This document shows positions 36,001 to 46,789 of a stretch of DNA of 64,000 nt, piece after piece. Made by a program: the position numbers and the translations under genes. Below the pieces are notes generated by a model that saw only the letters and a list, made by a program, of their open reading frames with translations, was not told the origin of the DNA and did not search any database. Within the stretch, counting starts at the first letter, position 1, and the number at the start of each line of letters is the position of its first letter. The DNA comes from Eledone cirrhosa (Eukaryota): contig CAXHJY010000275.1 in NCBI GenBank assembly GCA_964016885.1, forward strand, positions 62,001-126,000, in the 5' to 3' direction.

Positions 36001-37861
36001 GTATGTATGACAGACTATCTTCTATACAATGACAGCCACCACAGTATGTATGACAGACTATCTTATATACAATGACAGCCACCACAGTATGTATGACAGA
36101 CTATCTTATATACAATGACAGCTACCACAGTATGTATGACAGACTGGCTTATATACAATGACAGCCACCACAGTATGTATGACAGACTATCTTATATACA
36201 ATGACAGCCACCACAGTATGTATGACAGACTATCTTATATACAATGACAGCCACCACAGTATGTATGACAGACTGGCTTATATACAATGACAGCCACCAC
36301 AGTATGTATGACAGACTACCTTATATACAATGACAGCCACCACAGTACGTATGACAGACTATCTTATATACAATGACAGCCACCACAGTATGTATGACAG
36401 ACTATCTTATATACAATGAAAGCCACCACAGTATGTATGACAGACTATCTTATATACAATGACAGCCACCACAGTATGTATGACAGACTATCTTATATAC
36501 AATGACAGCCACCACAGTATGTATGACAGACTATCTTATATACAATGACAGCGACCACAGTATGTATGACAGACTATCTTATATACAATGACAGCCACCA
36601 CAGTATGTATGACAGACTACCTTATATACAATGACAGCCACCACAGTATGTATGACAGACTGGCTTATATACAATGAAAGCCACCACAGTATGTATGACA
36701 GACTATCTTATATACAATGACAGCCACCACAGTATGTATGACAGACTATCTTATATACAATGACAGCCACCACAGTATGTATGACAGACTATCTTATATA
36801 CAATGACAGCGACCACAGTATGTATGACAGACTATCTTATATACAATGACAGCCACCACAGTATGTATGACAGACTATCTTATATACAATGACAGCCACC
36901 ACAGTATGTATGACAGACTGGCTTATATACAATGAAAGCCACCACAGTATGTATGACAGACTATCTTATATACAATGACAGCCACCACAGTATGTATGAC
37001 AGACTGGCTTATATACAATGACAGCCACCACAGTATGTATGACAGACTGGCTTATATACAATGACAGCCACCACAGTATGTATGACAGACTATCTTATAT
37101 ACAATGACAGCCACCACAGTATGTATGACAGACTGGCTTATATACAATGACAGCCACCACAGTATGTATGACAGACTGGCTTATATACAATGACAGCCAC
37201 CACAGTATGTATGACAGACTGGCTTATATACAATGACAGCTACCACAGTATGTATGACAGACTGGCTTATATACAATGACAGCCACCACAGTATGTATGA
37301 CAGACTGGCTTATATACAATGACAGCCACCACAGTATGTATGACAGACTGGCTTATATACAATGACAGCCACCACAGTATGTATGACAGAGTGGCTTATA
37401 TACAATGACAGCCACCACAGTATGTATGAAAGACTATCTTATATACAATGACAGCCACCACAGTATGTATGACAGACTATCTTATATACAATGACAGCCA
37501 CCACAGTATGTATGACAGACTATTTTATATACAATGACAGCCACCACAGCATGTATGACAGACTGGCTTATATACAATGACAGCCACCACAGTATGTATG
37601 GCAGACTATCTTATATACAATGACAGCCACCACAGTATGTATGACAGACTATCTTATATACAATGACAGCCACCACAGTATGTATGACAGACTATCTTAT
37701 ATACAATGACAGCCACCACAGTATGTATGACAGACTACCTTATATACAATGACAGCCACCACAGTATGTATGACAGACTATCTTATATACAATGACAGCC
37801 ACCACAGTATGTATGACAGACTATCTTATATACAATGACAGCCACCACAGTATGTATGACA
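1..37861. repeat. 43-bp tandem satellite (about 880 units in the window, continuing off the left edge); consensus ATGACAGACTATCTTATATACA-ATGACAGCCACCACAGTATGT
   Basis: Uninterrupted head-to-tail 43-mers with recurrent point variants (GACTATC/GACTGGC/GACTAGC/GACTACC; GCCACC/GCTACC/ACCACC/GCGACC). The array ends abruptly at ...TATGTATGACA, followed by TTTACATTTT. Confidence 0.99.
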
Positions 37862-38375
37862 TTTACATTTTCTTTTAAGATTATTGATTGCTAACACAGG
37901 GTTTTATGCACAGTGTCGGAAATCAATAAACTTAGTGAAAGTATGTCACACACGCACGTTCAAGCACATACACGCACACACACACACTGATCATTGCCAA
38001 TATTGTATAAGCCTGAACTTTGACCAAATTCAAATTTTTGTTCTGTTTTACTGTGGGAGGGGAGGGTGTGTGTGTGATGAATCCAGTAATTAATTATTTC
38101 CTTTTTTTCTGGTACTTCTTCCAATGGTTTCCCTATACCAAATATCACTCACAAATTAGTGATTGGTCTGAACCCTATAATGGAAAGCACTTGCCAGAGG
38201 TGCTACATGGTGGAATCAAACCTGACTGGGATTGTATCAAAAGGGTTAAAACATGGTAGAAAAGGCTGTGCAATATTTGTTCTAACTCTCTACTCCCTAA
38301 ATCTCATGGTGTCTATGAAATAAAGCATCAGACCAGGGTTATGGATTGGTAGAATTGTAAGAGAGTCAGATAAGA

Positions 38376-38784
38376 TTACTGTCCTACCATCATCATTATT
38401 ATCACCATTTAATGTCCATTCTTCCATGCTAGCATGGGTTAGACAAGTTGTCCCAATGTGAGACAAGCCAGATCAGATGACTGTCTTGCTTATATGGAAC
38501 TGGTTACTGTCCTACCATCATCACCGTTTAATGTCCATTCTTGGTGGTACCACAAAAGAATGTACCCTGTAAGGTGGTTGGCATTAGGAAAGGCATCTAG
38601 CCATAGAAATCCTGCCAATTAGGGAACGAATGAGCAAGATGTGTCAACCCAACACATCTGGTCTGGGACCTTGACAACCTATCTGGTCTGGGACCTTGAC
38701 AATCCATCTAGTCTCGGACCATGACAATCCATCCAACTCATGTCAGTACGGAAATCAGATGTAAAATGTTCATGATAATGATGG
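38376..38784. mobile_element. Cluster of degenerate SINE/RTE 3'-tail fragments (minus-strand tail, then plus-strand tail)
   Basis: CATCAT...TTTAATGTCCATTCTTCCATGCTAGCATGGGTTAGAC is the reverse complement of the tail at 63610-63668. The plus fragment has GGTTGGCATTAGGAAAGGCATCTAGCCATAGAAA, a 3x ~25-bp repeat at 38656-38735 and a (GAT)-like end. Confidence 0.7.
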
Positions 38785-38971
38785 TAGTGTATAATCATAC
38801 AAATATTTGGCTGCTATTTCTAGCAGATCGAGTAACCACATAGCAGTTTTCCTTTGCTTGTTCATGATGCAATTGGTTCCTGAGAATGATATGCTAAAGC
38901 CTGATTTAATGCTTTGAATAGTAAGCAGGGCAATACTTACAGTTGCTTTTTTCTTTTCTTTTTTATTTTTA

Positions 38972-39372
38972 ATCATCATCATCAACATCATCACCGTTTA
39001 TGTCCATTCTTCCACACTAGCATGGGTTAGATGGGTTGTCCTGTTGTGGGCTGTGTCCGGACGGCTGACCTTGTCTTGCTCATATGGAAACTGATTCTGG
39101 CTTGATTTCTACAGCTGGATGCGCTTCCTAGCACCAACCTCATTTACAGTGAGTGCTGGGTGCTTTTTTGCCGTGGCCCCTCCACAACCACTTTGCAGTG
39201 GAATGATAGGGACCCCAGTCCTATCATCTCATTTCTACTGCTGAGTAAACTGGAGCAATGTGAAATAAAGTGTCTTGCTCAAGGAAACAACACATCACCC
39301 GGTCTGAGAATTGAACTCACAACCTTTCGATTGCTAGCCCAATGCTCTAACCACTAAGCCATGTGCCTTCAC
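38972..39372 (-). mobile_element. Full-length tRNA-head CORE-type SINE with long (RTE-2-type) tail
   Basis: The minus strand has A box TGGCTTAGTGG, B box GAGTTCAATTC and a CORE-like block CCTTGAGCAAGACACTTTATTTCACATTGCTCCAGTTTACTCAGCAGTAGAAATG. The tail reads ...CCCATGCTAGTGTGGAAGAATGGACATAAACGG(TGA)n. Confidence 0.9.
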
Positions 39373-39454
39373 AATTATGAATATAGTAATTGAATTTTGA
39401 CTATGAAATATGTGTAAGTGGTGTCTACATAAAGGACGTTCATTTTTTATTTAA

Positions 39455-40466
39455 CCCTTTAGCATTTAAACCGACTCTACCTGGCCAGAATTCTCTCATC
39501 TCTTTCTGTTAAAACCAGCCATAACTGACTGCTCATACTTATGTTAATGTATTGTTCTCAAAATAATTATCAAAAGATAATTATGTGAGGTAAAGCATTT
39601 ACTGTGAAAATATAATAGTATATATAGAGTAATGTAAATGTTAAAGCGTTAAAGTCTCAATTTCTAATTCTTGAAACAAATACTTTATGTTATAAGAGGA
39701 GGAAATTGTGGTTAGTTATTGAAGTATGTACTCATTGTTTTTATTATCACTTACAGGGTCAGTAAAATGAAGTACCAGTAATGTACTGGGGTTGATTTCG
39801 ACTTCCCCTCCCACAAAAATTGTTGGCCTTGTGCCTAAATCAGAAACCATTATTATCACCGTTATTTTATGTCTGTTTTTACATAATAGGACAGGTTGAA
39901 TAGGACTAAAAACACTGTGGCAGGTGACTTTCCTTGCACCAGCCCTTTTCATTGCTTTTTACAAAATGCAGGGATATAGTAGTATCATAATCATCATCAT
40001 AATTATTATTTTTATATCCGCTTTACCACACTTGCATGGGTTGCACAGGTCCTTTCATCACAGTATCTCTCCACACATCGCCTTCCTTTGTCATTGTCTC
40101 AGTGATCTCACAACCTCTACCCAGGTCTTTCTTGGTCTACCTCTTCTGCATCTTCCTTCCACTGGCATTTCCTGGTACTTGTTCATCTAACAATCATTGT
40201 CCTCATGATTGTGAATCCAATTCTCTAACCACTAAGCCATGCTCCTTCACTAACTTTACCATACCACTTACATTACTCTATATATACTATTGTATTTTCG
40301 TGGTAAACACTTTACCTCACATATTATCGCACATAATATTGAATCTATGAGATTTTTATGTTATTTATTTTGAGAACAATACCTTAACATCAGTATGAAT
40401 AGTCAGTTATGGCCGGTTTGAACAGAAAGAGGTGAGAGAATTCTGGCCGGTTTAAATGCTAAAGGG
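39455..40466. mobile_element. piggyBac-type non-autonomous element (MITE) with nested SINE/RTE fragments
   Basis: TTAA at 39451-39454 and 40467-40470. Termini are CCCTTTAGCATTTAAACCG / CGGTTTAAATGCTAAAGGG, with about 110 bp of imperfect TIR. There is no transposase ORF. Confidence 0.85.
39985..40188 (-). mobile_element. 3'-terminal fragment of an RTE-1-like LINE
   Basis: The reverse complement aligns by eye with 48830-49059 (CCAGGAAATGCCAGT.GAAGGAAGA...GAGGTAGACCA...GCGGA + (GAT)n tail). Confidence 0.75.
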
Positions 40467-40711
40467 TTAAGCTAACATACATTTAAAATTCATTATTTTG
40501 TTTGTTTTTACAATTTGAAGTTAATTCTAATTGATTATTTATAATTTAAGGTTGTGCTAGTATACTTGTAATACAGCGAAATTCAAAGGGTATCAAAAAA
40601 GAATTGTAACGGAAAATTGTTTATAATGAGAGTGTGTGGCCAGGGATTGAAAAAAAATTTGTCATAACGGAATTTTACCTGTAATTTGAAATCTGTCTTT
40701 ATTTTTTATAG

Positions 40712-40870
40712 ATCTGAACATTCCGAAAGAATTTCTCCTGTAGTTGCTGAGGTAATACCGTCCAAAGTTTCAACTGAACATGTCCAAGTCTCTTCTGAAT
40801 CAACTATGACAGTTAGTAATCCAGAACCTATTGCAGACAGTGTAAAACAAGCAGAAGAAATAGAAGCAAT
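40712..40870 (+). CDS. SUCO: Internal coding exon, probable SUN domain-containing ossification factor (SUCO/Slp1) low-complexity N-terminal region
   Basis: Polypyrimidine tract plus TAG acceptor ending at 40711 and GTAAGA donor at 40871. Open frame SEHSERISPVVAEV...AEEIEA. The phase-2 end AT joins the first G of the next exon to give an in-frame ATG. Confidence 0.7.
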
Positions 40871-41127
40871 GTAAGAATTATTGTTGTTCCTCTGGACAGG
40901 TTCTGCCAGGCTGAAAATATAGCATAAGGATTCAATAACTCATATTATAGAACAGTTTCATTTTAAGTTCTCTCTCTTTCTGCTCTCTCCTTTTGCTCCC
41001 TCCCTCTTCACTCTGTATCCCCCTTCACTCTCTCTCCATCTTCTCTCTCTATCTCCACTTCTCTCAGCCATGAATTGGTTAAAGTTGTATGCTGGAGAAG
41101 TTAATTGATGTATTGGTTATGTTTCAG

Positions 41128-41357
41128 GCCTGAGGATCCTCAACCTAATGTAAAAGAAATTTCTGTAGAGACTGCTGAAAAAGATGTCACTTTAGCTGAG
41201 TCTTCAGCAAAATCTGATGGAACAACTCAGACAGATAAAACTGAAAATAAAGAGAGTTCAGAAAAGGGAACAAATGATGAAGAAACAGCTGAGGAGTTTC
41301 CATCATATTCAGAATGGACCAAAAAAGTTCTTGCAGAAGAAAAAAATAAGCAGAACG
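41128..41357 (+). CDS. SUCO: Internal coding exon, probable SUCO (segment just upstream of the SUN domain)
   Basis: TTTCAG acceptor and G|GTAAGA donor, in frame with the previous exon. EEFPSYSEWTKKVLAEEK resembles the conserved pre-SUN motif of SUCO/Slp1 proteins (from memory, PTFDEWKKKVMEVEK in vertebrates). The SUN domain itself is not in the window. Confidence 0.7.
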
Positions 41358-41410
41358 GTAAGAAAAAATATTCACACTATTTAACCATAAATTGAATTAT
41401 TATTTGTTTG

Positions 41411-41474
<64 letters not shown>

Positions 41475-41587
41475 AGTATATTTGGCAATATACTGTGTTT
41501 AATTAAAAACATTTTGAAGACCATACACTATCGGTTTTAAAGTAGTGACTATGTCAATTACTTCTTTTCGTCGAAAGAAGGGAGGGA

Positions 41588-41626
41588 AGCTAACACTGTT
41601 TCCCGCTGTTGGCAATCATCAGAACT
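41588..41626 (-). ncRNA. Minimal type-I hammerhead ribozyme motif
   Basis: AGUU-CUGAUGA-U-UGC-CAACA-GCG-G-GAAA-CAGUG-UU^AGCU. Stem I is AGUU/AGCU. Confidence 0.65.
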
Positions 41627-41936
41627 ACGTACAGCCCTCTTCCGCCGAAAATTATAGAAGCTGGATTCTTATAGAATTCCACTAATAATCAGGAGCTGAT
41701 TATATAGAGCGATTGCCGGTCCAACAAAAATTAGGTATTAGGATTGTTGCTCTGAAATAGCGATGTGAATGTATGTATAGTATATTTGGCAATATACCGT
41801 ATGTTTAATTAAAAACATTATCCTAATACCTAATTTTTGCTGAACCGGCAATCGCTCTGTATAATCAGCTCCTGATTACTACTGGAATTTATAAGAATCC
41901 AGCTTCTATAATTTTTGGCGGAAGCAGGGAGTGTGT

Positions 41937-41978
41937 GGCTCTGATGATCGCCAAACAGCGTGAAACAGACTGTTAGCT
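41937..41978 (+). ncRNA. Minimal type-I hammerhead ribozyme motif
   Basis: GGCU-CUGAUGA-U-CGC-CAAACA-GCG-U-GAAA-CAG-A-CUG-UU^AGCU. The cleavage triplet is GUU and stem III is quasi-palindromic. Confidence 0.7.
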
Positions 41979-42161
41979 TCTTTCACTTTCACCGAAAAGA
42001 AGTAAGTGACATAGTCACTACTTTAAAACCGATAGCGTATGGTCTTCTAAATGTTTTTAATTAAACATATGGTATATTGCCAAATATACTATACATACAT
42101 TCATGTATACATCGCTATTTCAGAGCACCAATCCTAATATATATATATATATATATAAATA

Positions 42162-42459
42162 GGGAAACACAAAGCAGGTTTTGTTTACAAACAGCTAGCA
42201 AATTTGAAAATTAGGTAGTAATATGTGGTTACGCTGTATTTGACTAAATAGAATTAGTCTGTTAGTTGGGATTTTTTGAAAAACCTTCTGAATGGAAAAA
42301 AAAGGATGAGTATTGACGTATATGGGACATAAACCATCTTTTTTTTTTTTTAATCCTCACAGACTAATTCTGTTTAGTATAATGTGTTGTAAGCACATAT
42401 TACTACCTAATTTTCAAATTCACTAGCTGTTTGTAAACAAAACCTGCTTTGAGTCTCCC
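42162..42459. mobile_element. MITE with ~100-bp imperfect TIRs and TA flanks (Tc1/mariner-like by TSD)
   Basis: TA|GGGAAACACAAAGCAGGTTTTGTTTACAAACAGCTAG ... CTAGCTGTTTGTAAACAAAACCTGCTTTGAGTCTCCC|TA. A second left TIR starts at 42556. Confidence 0.8.
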
Positions 42460-42589
42460 TATATGTATGTATGTGTTTATATGTACGCGCTTGCGTGCGC
42501 ACACATACACACACGCGCACACATACATACACACACACACACATACATACATATAGGGAGACACAAAGCAGGCTTTGTTTACAAACGGC

Positions 42590-43800
42590 TCGTTCGTTCG
42601 TTCTTCTGGTTTTATAATTTCACAAAATTTTACCAATAGAGAGAGAGTCAGTTTCTAATATAGACACAAGACTCTCTCATTGGAATTTATACAACATCAA
42701 CTAGGTAGATATGTATGTCTGCATGCATGTGTGTGTGTAGGTATGGATGTTATTGTATGTGTGGATGTATGTTTTGAGTTGTATGTGTGCATATGTACAT
42801 GTGTATATGCAGTTATTAGATGCAAAATTTTTGGAATGTTTAACATATTTTTACTGTTCCATTAATGGATTGTACTTGTAATTTCCTAACTAATTGTGTT
42901 CTTTCTGTTCCTGTGAAGCCCAGCTTCTCAAGATTTGTATTGAGGCAGTTTCTAACATACCCCAGTGCCCCAATAATCACAGGCATAAATCTGAAGGTGT
43001 AATCAGGGTGGAGTATCTCTAGATTTCTCATTAGTTCTGTACAGATATTCTCCTTTCTGCTGATCTTTAATATTATATTGGCATCTGCTGGGCAGCTAAT
43101 TTCCACTACTGTGCATGCTTTCTTCTCCCTGTCCCATATCATACTATCTGGTCTGTTATGCCTGCATTTTATTGGGGTTTTTACTGGAACATTCCACCAG
43201 TACTCTTTCATATTATGTATATGTATGTCTTATTGTTATCTCTTTAATAGATACAGGCATAGTTGTTTCAAGGCACTGTTCGACCTGGCTGCTAGGAAGT
43301 CTAGTAGCATGGCGACCTGTAACACCTGTTGTTGATCCCATGTTTGTTGTGGGAGACTTACAATTAATATTTATCTTATTTTTACTTTCAACAAATGTCG
43401 CTTGTTGGCGTAATTGTTTCGCTGTGAAGTGATTTAGCTCTGGGTGTATTTCGTCCCAGTGTAGCTTCATTCTGTTCATGTAACTAATGGAGGGATTGTT
43501 TTTTGCCATTTCATAATAATTAAATAAATCATTAAGTTCGCAACTCCAAGAGAAATGCGATTTATAATTTTGGTCTCTTCTGTAGCTACAACTGAATAAA
43601 TTTTGTTTACTTTTCTCGTTTTTCTTCGGAATTCCACTAATGTTGTTGTTGATGTTGTGTTCAGCTATGCTGTTTGTAGCAAATCCTTGTAAAATGAATT
43701 ATGTATTTAGTCGGATATCTCTACGAATTTGAATAAAAGGTGTCTTCAGTGGATATAGTTAGAAGAATACCCAGTTATTCAACATGACTGGCAGTTGTGG
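42590..43800 (-). mobile_element. Internally deleted, degenerate R4/Dong-like (restriction-like endonuclease) LINE
   Basis: 42840-43211 encodes an RLE-type C-terminus (HNRPD...VVEISCPAD.N...PVIIGALG). About 43350-43550 encodes an R4/Dong-like N-terminal motif (YMNRMKLHWDEIHPE...KQLRQQA). No RT lies between them. The 3' end is (GAAC)n near 42590 and the 5' boundary is approximate. Confidence 0.65.
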
Positions 43801-44498
43801 CATTACTGTCGGAGATAGTATTCATCTTAAATTTAATGAATAGTCTCCCACACCAAAATATGCGACTGATCGCGTTGACTGACTGTATGCATGTATGTCA
43901 AAGGGCAGAAGAACTCATAAGATTCAATGGCCATCCAAAAATGTGTAAATATGTTTATACACATGTACATATGTATGTATAAGTATACGTGTATGTGCAT
44001 GCGTATGTATATGCGCGGGGACATAGAAATAGTCGGGCTGGTTAAACCACTGGGAGTGAAGGACTCCTAGCCTTTGTCACAGCATTCTTCTAGGAGAAGG
44101 TAACTAAGGAAACTGGGATAACTCCGACATAAAACCTGCGGCTCAATAGCTACCGGTGATGTTGATCTTTTCTTCTTTTCGTGTTTTAGCTACTGTCGCT
44201 CAGAGAGTGGGATTGGCTCAATGCAGTCTTTCCTCACTTTAAAAAAAAATCTTCATGCACAGGCATTGCATGATAGAATTAATTAATAACGTATTAAGCC
44301 GTTCAACAATCTGGCAGGAAAATATACGTTGCTGACGATAGCTAATAAGCTTGAAACTAGTACAGCGTTCCTTTGTCAGTGTTGAACAAACGAGCAATGA
44401 TGGTTGCTAGACACTACGGCTTAATACGGGATGTTTGTTTACAAACACACCGAGCATTATAAAAAATGTTCGGTGAATCCATATGTACATATATATGT

Positions 44499-44838
44499 GT
44501 GCATGGCTTAGTGGTTAGAGCATTGGCCTTGCAATCGAAAGATTGTGAGTTCAATTCTCAGACCGTGTGATGTGTTGTTTCCTTGAGCAAGACACTTTAT
44601 TTCACATTGCTCCAGTTTACTCAGCTGTAGAAATGAGATGATAGGGACTGGGATCCCTATCATTCCACTGCAAAGTGGTCGTGGAGGTGCCACGGCAAAA
44701 AACCACCCAGCACTCACTGTAAATGAGGTTGGTGTTAGGAAGGGCATCCAGCTGTAGAAATCAAGCCAGAATCAGTTCCCGTCCCACCCTTGCAAGCAAG
44801 GAAAAAGCGGACGTAAAATTAAATGATGATGAAATGAT
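44499..44838 (+). mobile_element. Near-full-length tRNA-head CORE-type SINE with short (RTE-1-type) tail
   Basis: Same A box, B box and CORE block as 38972-39372. It ends CCCGTCCCACCCTTGCAAGCAAGGAAAAAGCGGACGTAAAAT, followed by GAT/GAAAT repeats. Confidence 0.9.
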
Positions 44839-44954
44839 ACTACTGTACGTCTGTATACATATATGTATACATGATGATGTACGTGTACATACTTATATTT
44901 AAGTAACAGCCGTACTAAGAGTGGGAAATGAAATTTCGTTTCATTTTTTCCGTT

Positions 44955-44987
44955 TATACATATATATATATGTGTATATATATATAC

Positions 44988-45076
<89 letters not shown>

Positions 45077-45366
45077 TTAGTTAAGCAAAACAAGACCACA
45101 AATTTCACAAGGAAGACATTATTAAAAGATTGTCAACATATTTCAATAATGTCTTCCTTGTGAAATTTGTGGTCTTGTTTGGCTTAACTAATGAATATTT
45201 CTAGCCCTGTGCGCCTAACTTCTGCATGAACCCAGCCACCTAGCTGCTTTCCACTGCATATTGCACATTGAGCACATGCCTTTACGCTTTGGCTTCTAAC
45301 TAATTCACCAATCTCTCCTCTCCTATCTCCATCTCTCTCTTTAAGATTGGTTACTCTTGAACTGTG

Positions 45367-45416
<50 letters not shown>

Positions 45417-45420
45417 TATG

Positions 45421-45455
<35 letters not shown>
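44955..45455. repeat. (TA)n/(TATG) microsatellite tracts interrupted by a short insert
   Basis: Direct reading: tracts at about 44955-45073 and 45366-45455. Confidence 0.9.
45075..45193. repeat. Inverted repeat, ~49-bp arms with ~20-bp spacer
   Basis: CATTAGTTAAGCAAAACAAGACCACAAATTTCACAAGGAAGACATTATT versus AATAATGTCTTCCTTGTGAAATTTGTGGTCTTGTTTGGCTTAACTAATG (1 mismatch). Confidence 0.9.
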
Positions 45456-45457
<2 letters not shown>

Positions 45458-45647
45458 TTTTAATTTCAGTTTATTTTGATCATGCTTTTATATTTAAATT
45501 TATTTCATTCCTTGTATTTTGATCATGCTTTATTTTTATTTTTATTTTTATTTTTATTTTTATTTTTTTCATTCGCACCGTTTCCTTTCGCTATATGTCT
45601 CTCCACCACTCCCCTACACACCCTTTGAACTCTGTTCCCACACACTT

Positions 45648-45684
45648 CTCACCTGAGGAAGGGCTTATGCCCGAAACGTCGTCC
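45648..45684 (+). ncRNA. Degenerate Penelope-type hammerhead motif
   Basis: CUGAGGA-A-GGGC-UUAU-GCCC-GAAA-CG-UC with palindromic ACGU stem III. Stem I is reduced to AC/GU. AATAAA follows about 40 bp downstream, then (TA)n. Confidence 0.55.
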
Positions 45685-45796
45685 CCCACCAACACCCACT
45701 CTCCAGAGCGTGAAATTAATAAACATTCGTTGTACTGCCTCTCTGTTTTGTCCCTGTTCAAATTTTTCCATTATATATATATATATATATATATGT

Positions 45797-46501
45797 ATTT
45801 ATTTTTGAGATTCGAAACCGATTCGGTAAAGGTAACTATAGTAGTTAATGTTAATTTTTTAAAATTTATTTTGAAACTTTTTCCTTATTTGCTAAACCTT
45901 GTTTATATATGTTCTGGCTCGTTAATTTATTAACCTGCCATTGAACCACATTGGCATTTGGTTGGACAATACATGTGTCTCTTAGCGCCTTGTGCGTGTA
46001 GGAACACATATTCTATTATTACTATTCTCCTCTATGTTGGGGAAAAAATTTGGTCGTTCTGACTGCTGCTTGTTATAGCGGTAGCTGACTGACCTGCCTG
46101 CCTCTGCTTCTATCTTTACTCGGCCCTTGAAAAAATTGATTCCACTTCATTTACTCTCATCTCGGGAACAATTTTGAATAGCGGCAGTTTGTAATTTAAG
46201 TTCGAGAATTTTATATTCTTTGAATGAAAAGAACCTTCTGACGAGAATCTTTCTTTGCAACGAAGGCCGTATGGCCTCCATTTATTTTTGGGATTCGAAA
46301 CCGATCGGTAAAGGTAACTATAGTAGGTAAAGTCAATTTTTTAAAATTTATTTTGAAACTTTTTCCTTATTTGCTAAACCTTGTTTATACATGTTCTGGC
46401 TCGTTAATTTATTAACCTACCATTGAACCACATTGGCATTTGGTTGGACAATACATGCGTCCCTTAGCGCCTTGTGCGTGAAGGAACACATATCCTATTA
46501 T
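45797..46501 (+). mobile_element. Partial tandem (about 1.45 copies) of a 483-bp hammerhead-bearing unit (Penelope pLTR/retrozyme-like)
   Basis: GATTCGAAACCGAT(T)CGGTAAAGGTAACTATAGTAG and about 200 downstream bases occur twice (GAAA at 45814 and 46297). Both flanks are (TA)n. Confidence 0.8.
46233..46315 (+). ncRNA. Type-I hammerhead ribozyme with extended loop II
   Basis: ACCUU-CUGACGA-GAAUCU-[40-nt loop containing a GGCC-GUAU-GGCC hairpin]-GGAUUC-GAAA-CCGAUCGG-UA^AAGGU. All core nucleotides and three stems are present, and stem III ACCGAUCGGU is a perfect palindrome. Confidence 0.85.
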
Positions 46502-46788
46502 ATGTATATGTATATATATATGTATATATATGTATATGTTTATATATATGTATATATATGTGTATATGTGTATATATATGTGTATATGTATATATATATG
46601 TATATATGTGTATATGTATATATATGTATATATATGCGTATATATATATGTATGTATATGTATATGTATATATATGCGTATATATATATGTATGTATATG
46701 TATATGTGTATATATGTGTGTATATATATGTATATATATATATGTATATATATATGTATATATATATGTGTATATATGTGTATATATA
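46500..46788. repeat. (TA)n/(TATG) microsatellite
   Basis: Direct reading. Confidence 0.95.
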
Positions 46789-46789
46789 A

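Larger units (their letters stand above)
41466..42139. mobile_element. Hammerhead-bearing fold-back element built from a ~304-bp circularly permuted unit (Penelope pLTR/retrozyme-like)
   Basis: TGTATGTATAGTATATTTGGCAATATAC recurs directly at 41466 and 41770. 41820-42139 is an inverted, diverged copy of the unit. Both sides are flanked by (TA)n. Confidence 0.8.

Noticed and set aside
1-37861. CRISPR-like array or ribozyme-bearing satellite
   Set aside because: There are no unique spacers and no cas genes, and the context is eukaryotic. The unit has no CUGAnGA/GAAA core on either strand.
44030-44290. Possible further SINE/RTE-5'-derived fragment (GGAGAAGGTAACT...)
   Set aside because: It looks repeat-like, but there is no second copy in the window and no definable termini, so it cannot be supported without a database search.
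44499-44570. tRNA genes (also 39300-39372 and 63824-63895)
   Set aside because: A and B boxes are present, but there is no proper acceptor or anticodon stem. They are followed by CORE and LINE-derived tail, so they are SINE heads.
45075-45193. Hammerhead in the short inverted repeat
   Set aside because: Only CTAATGA is present, with no downstream GAAA or stems. It is kept as a plain hairpin.
46474-46789. N-terminal ~105 aa of the 853-aa ORF
   Set aside because: This is read-through from microsatellite. RTE homology starts only at about 46790.
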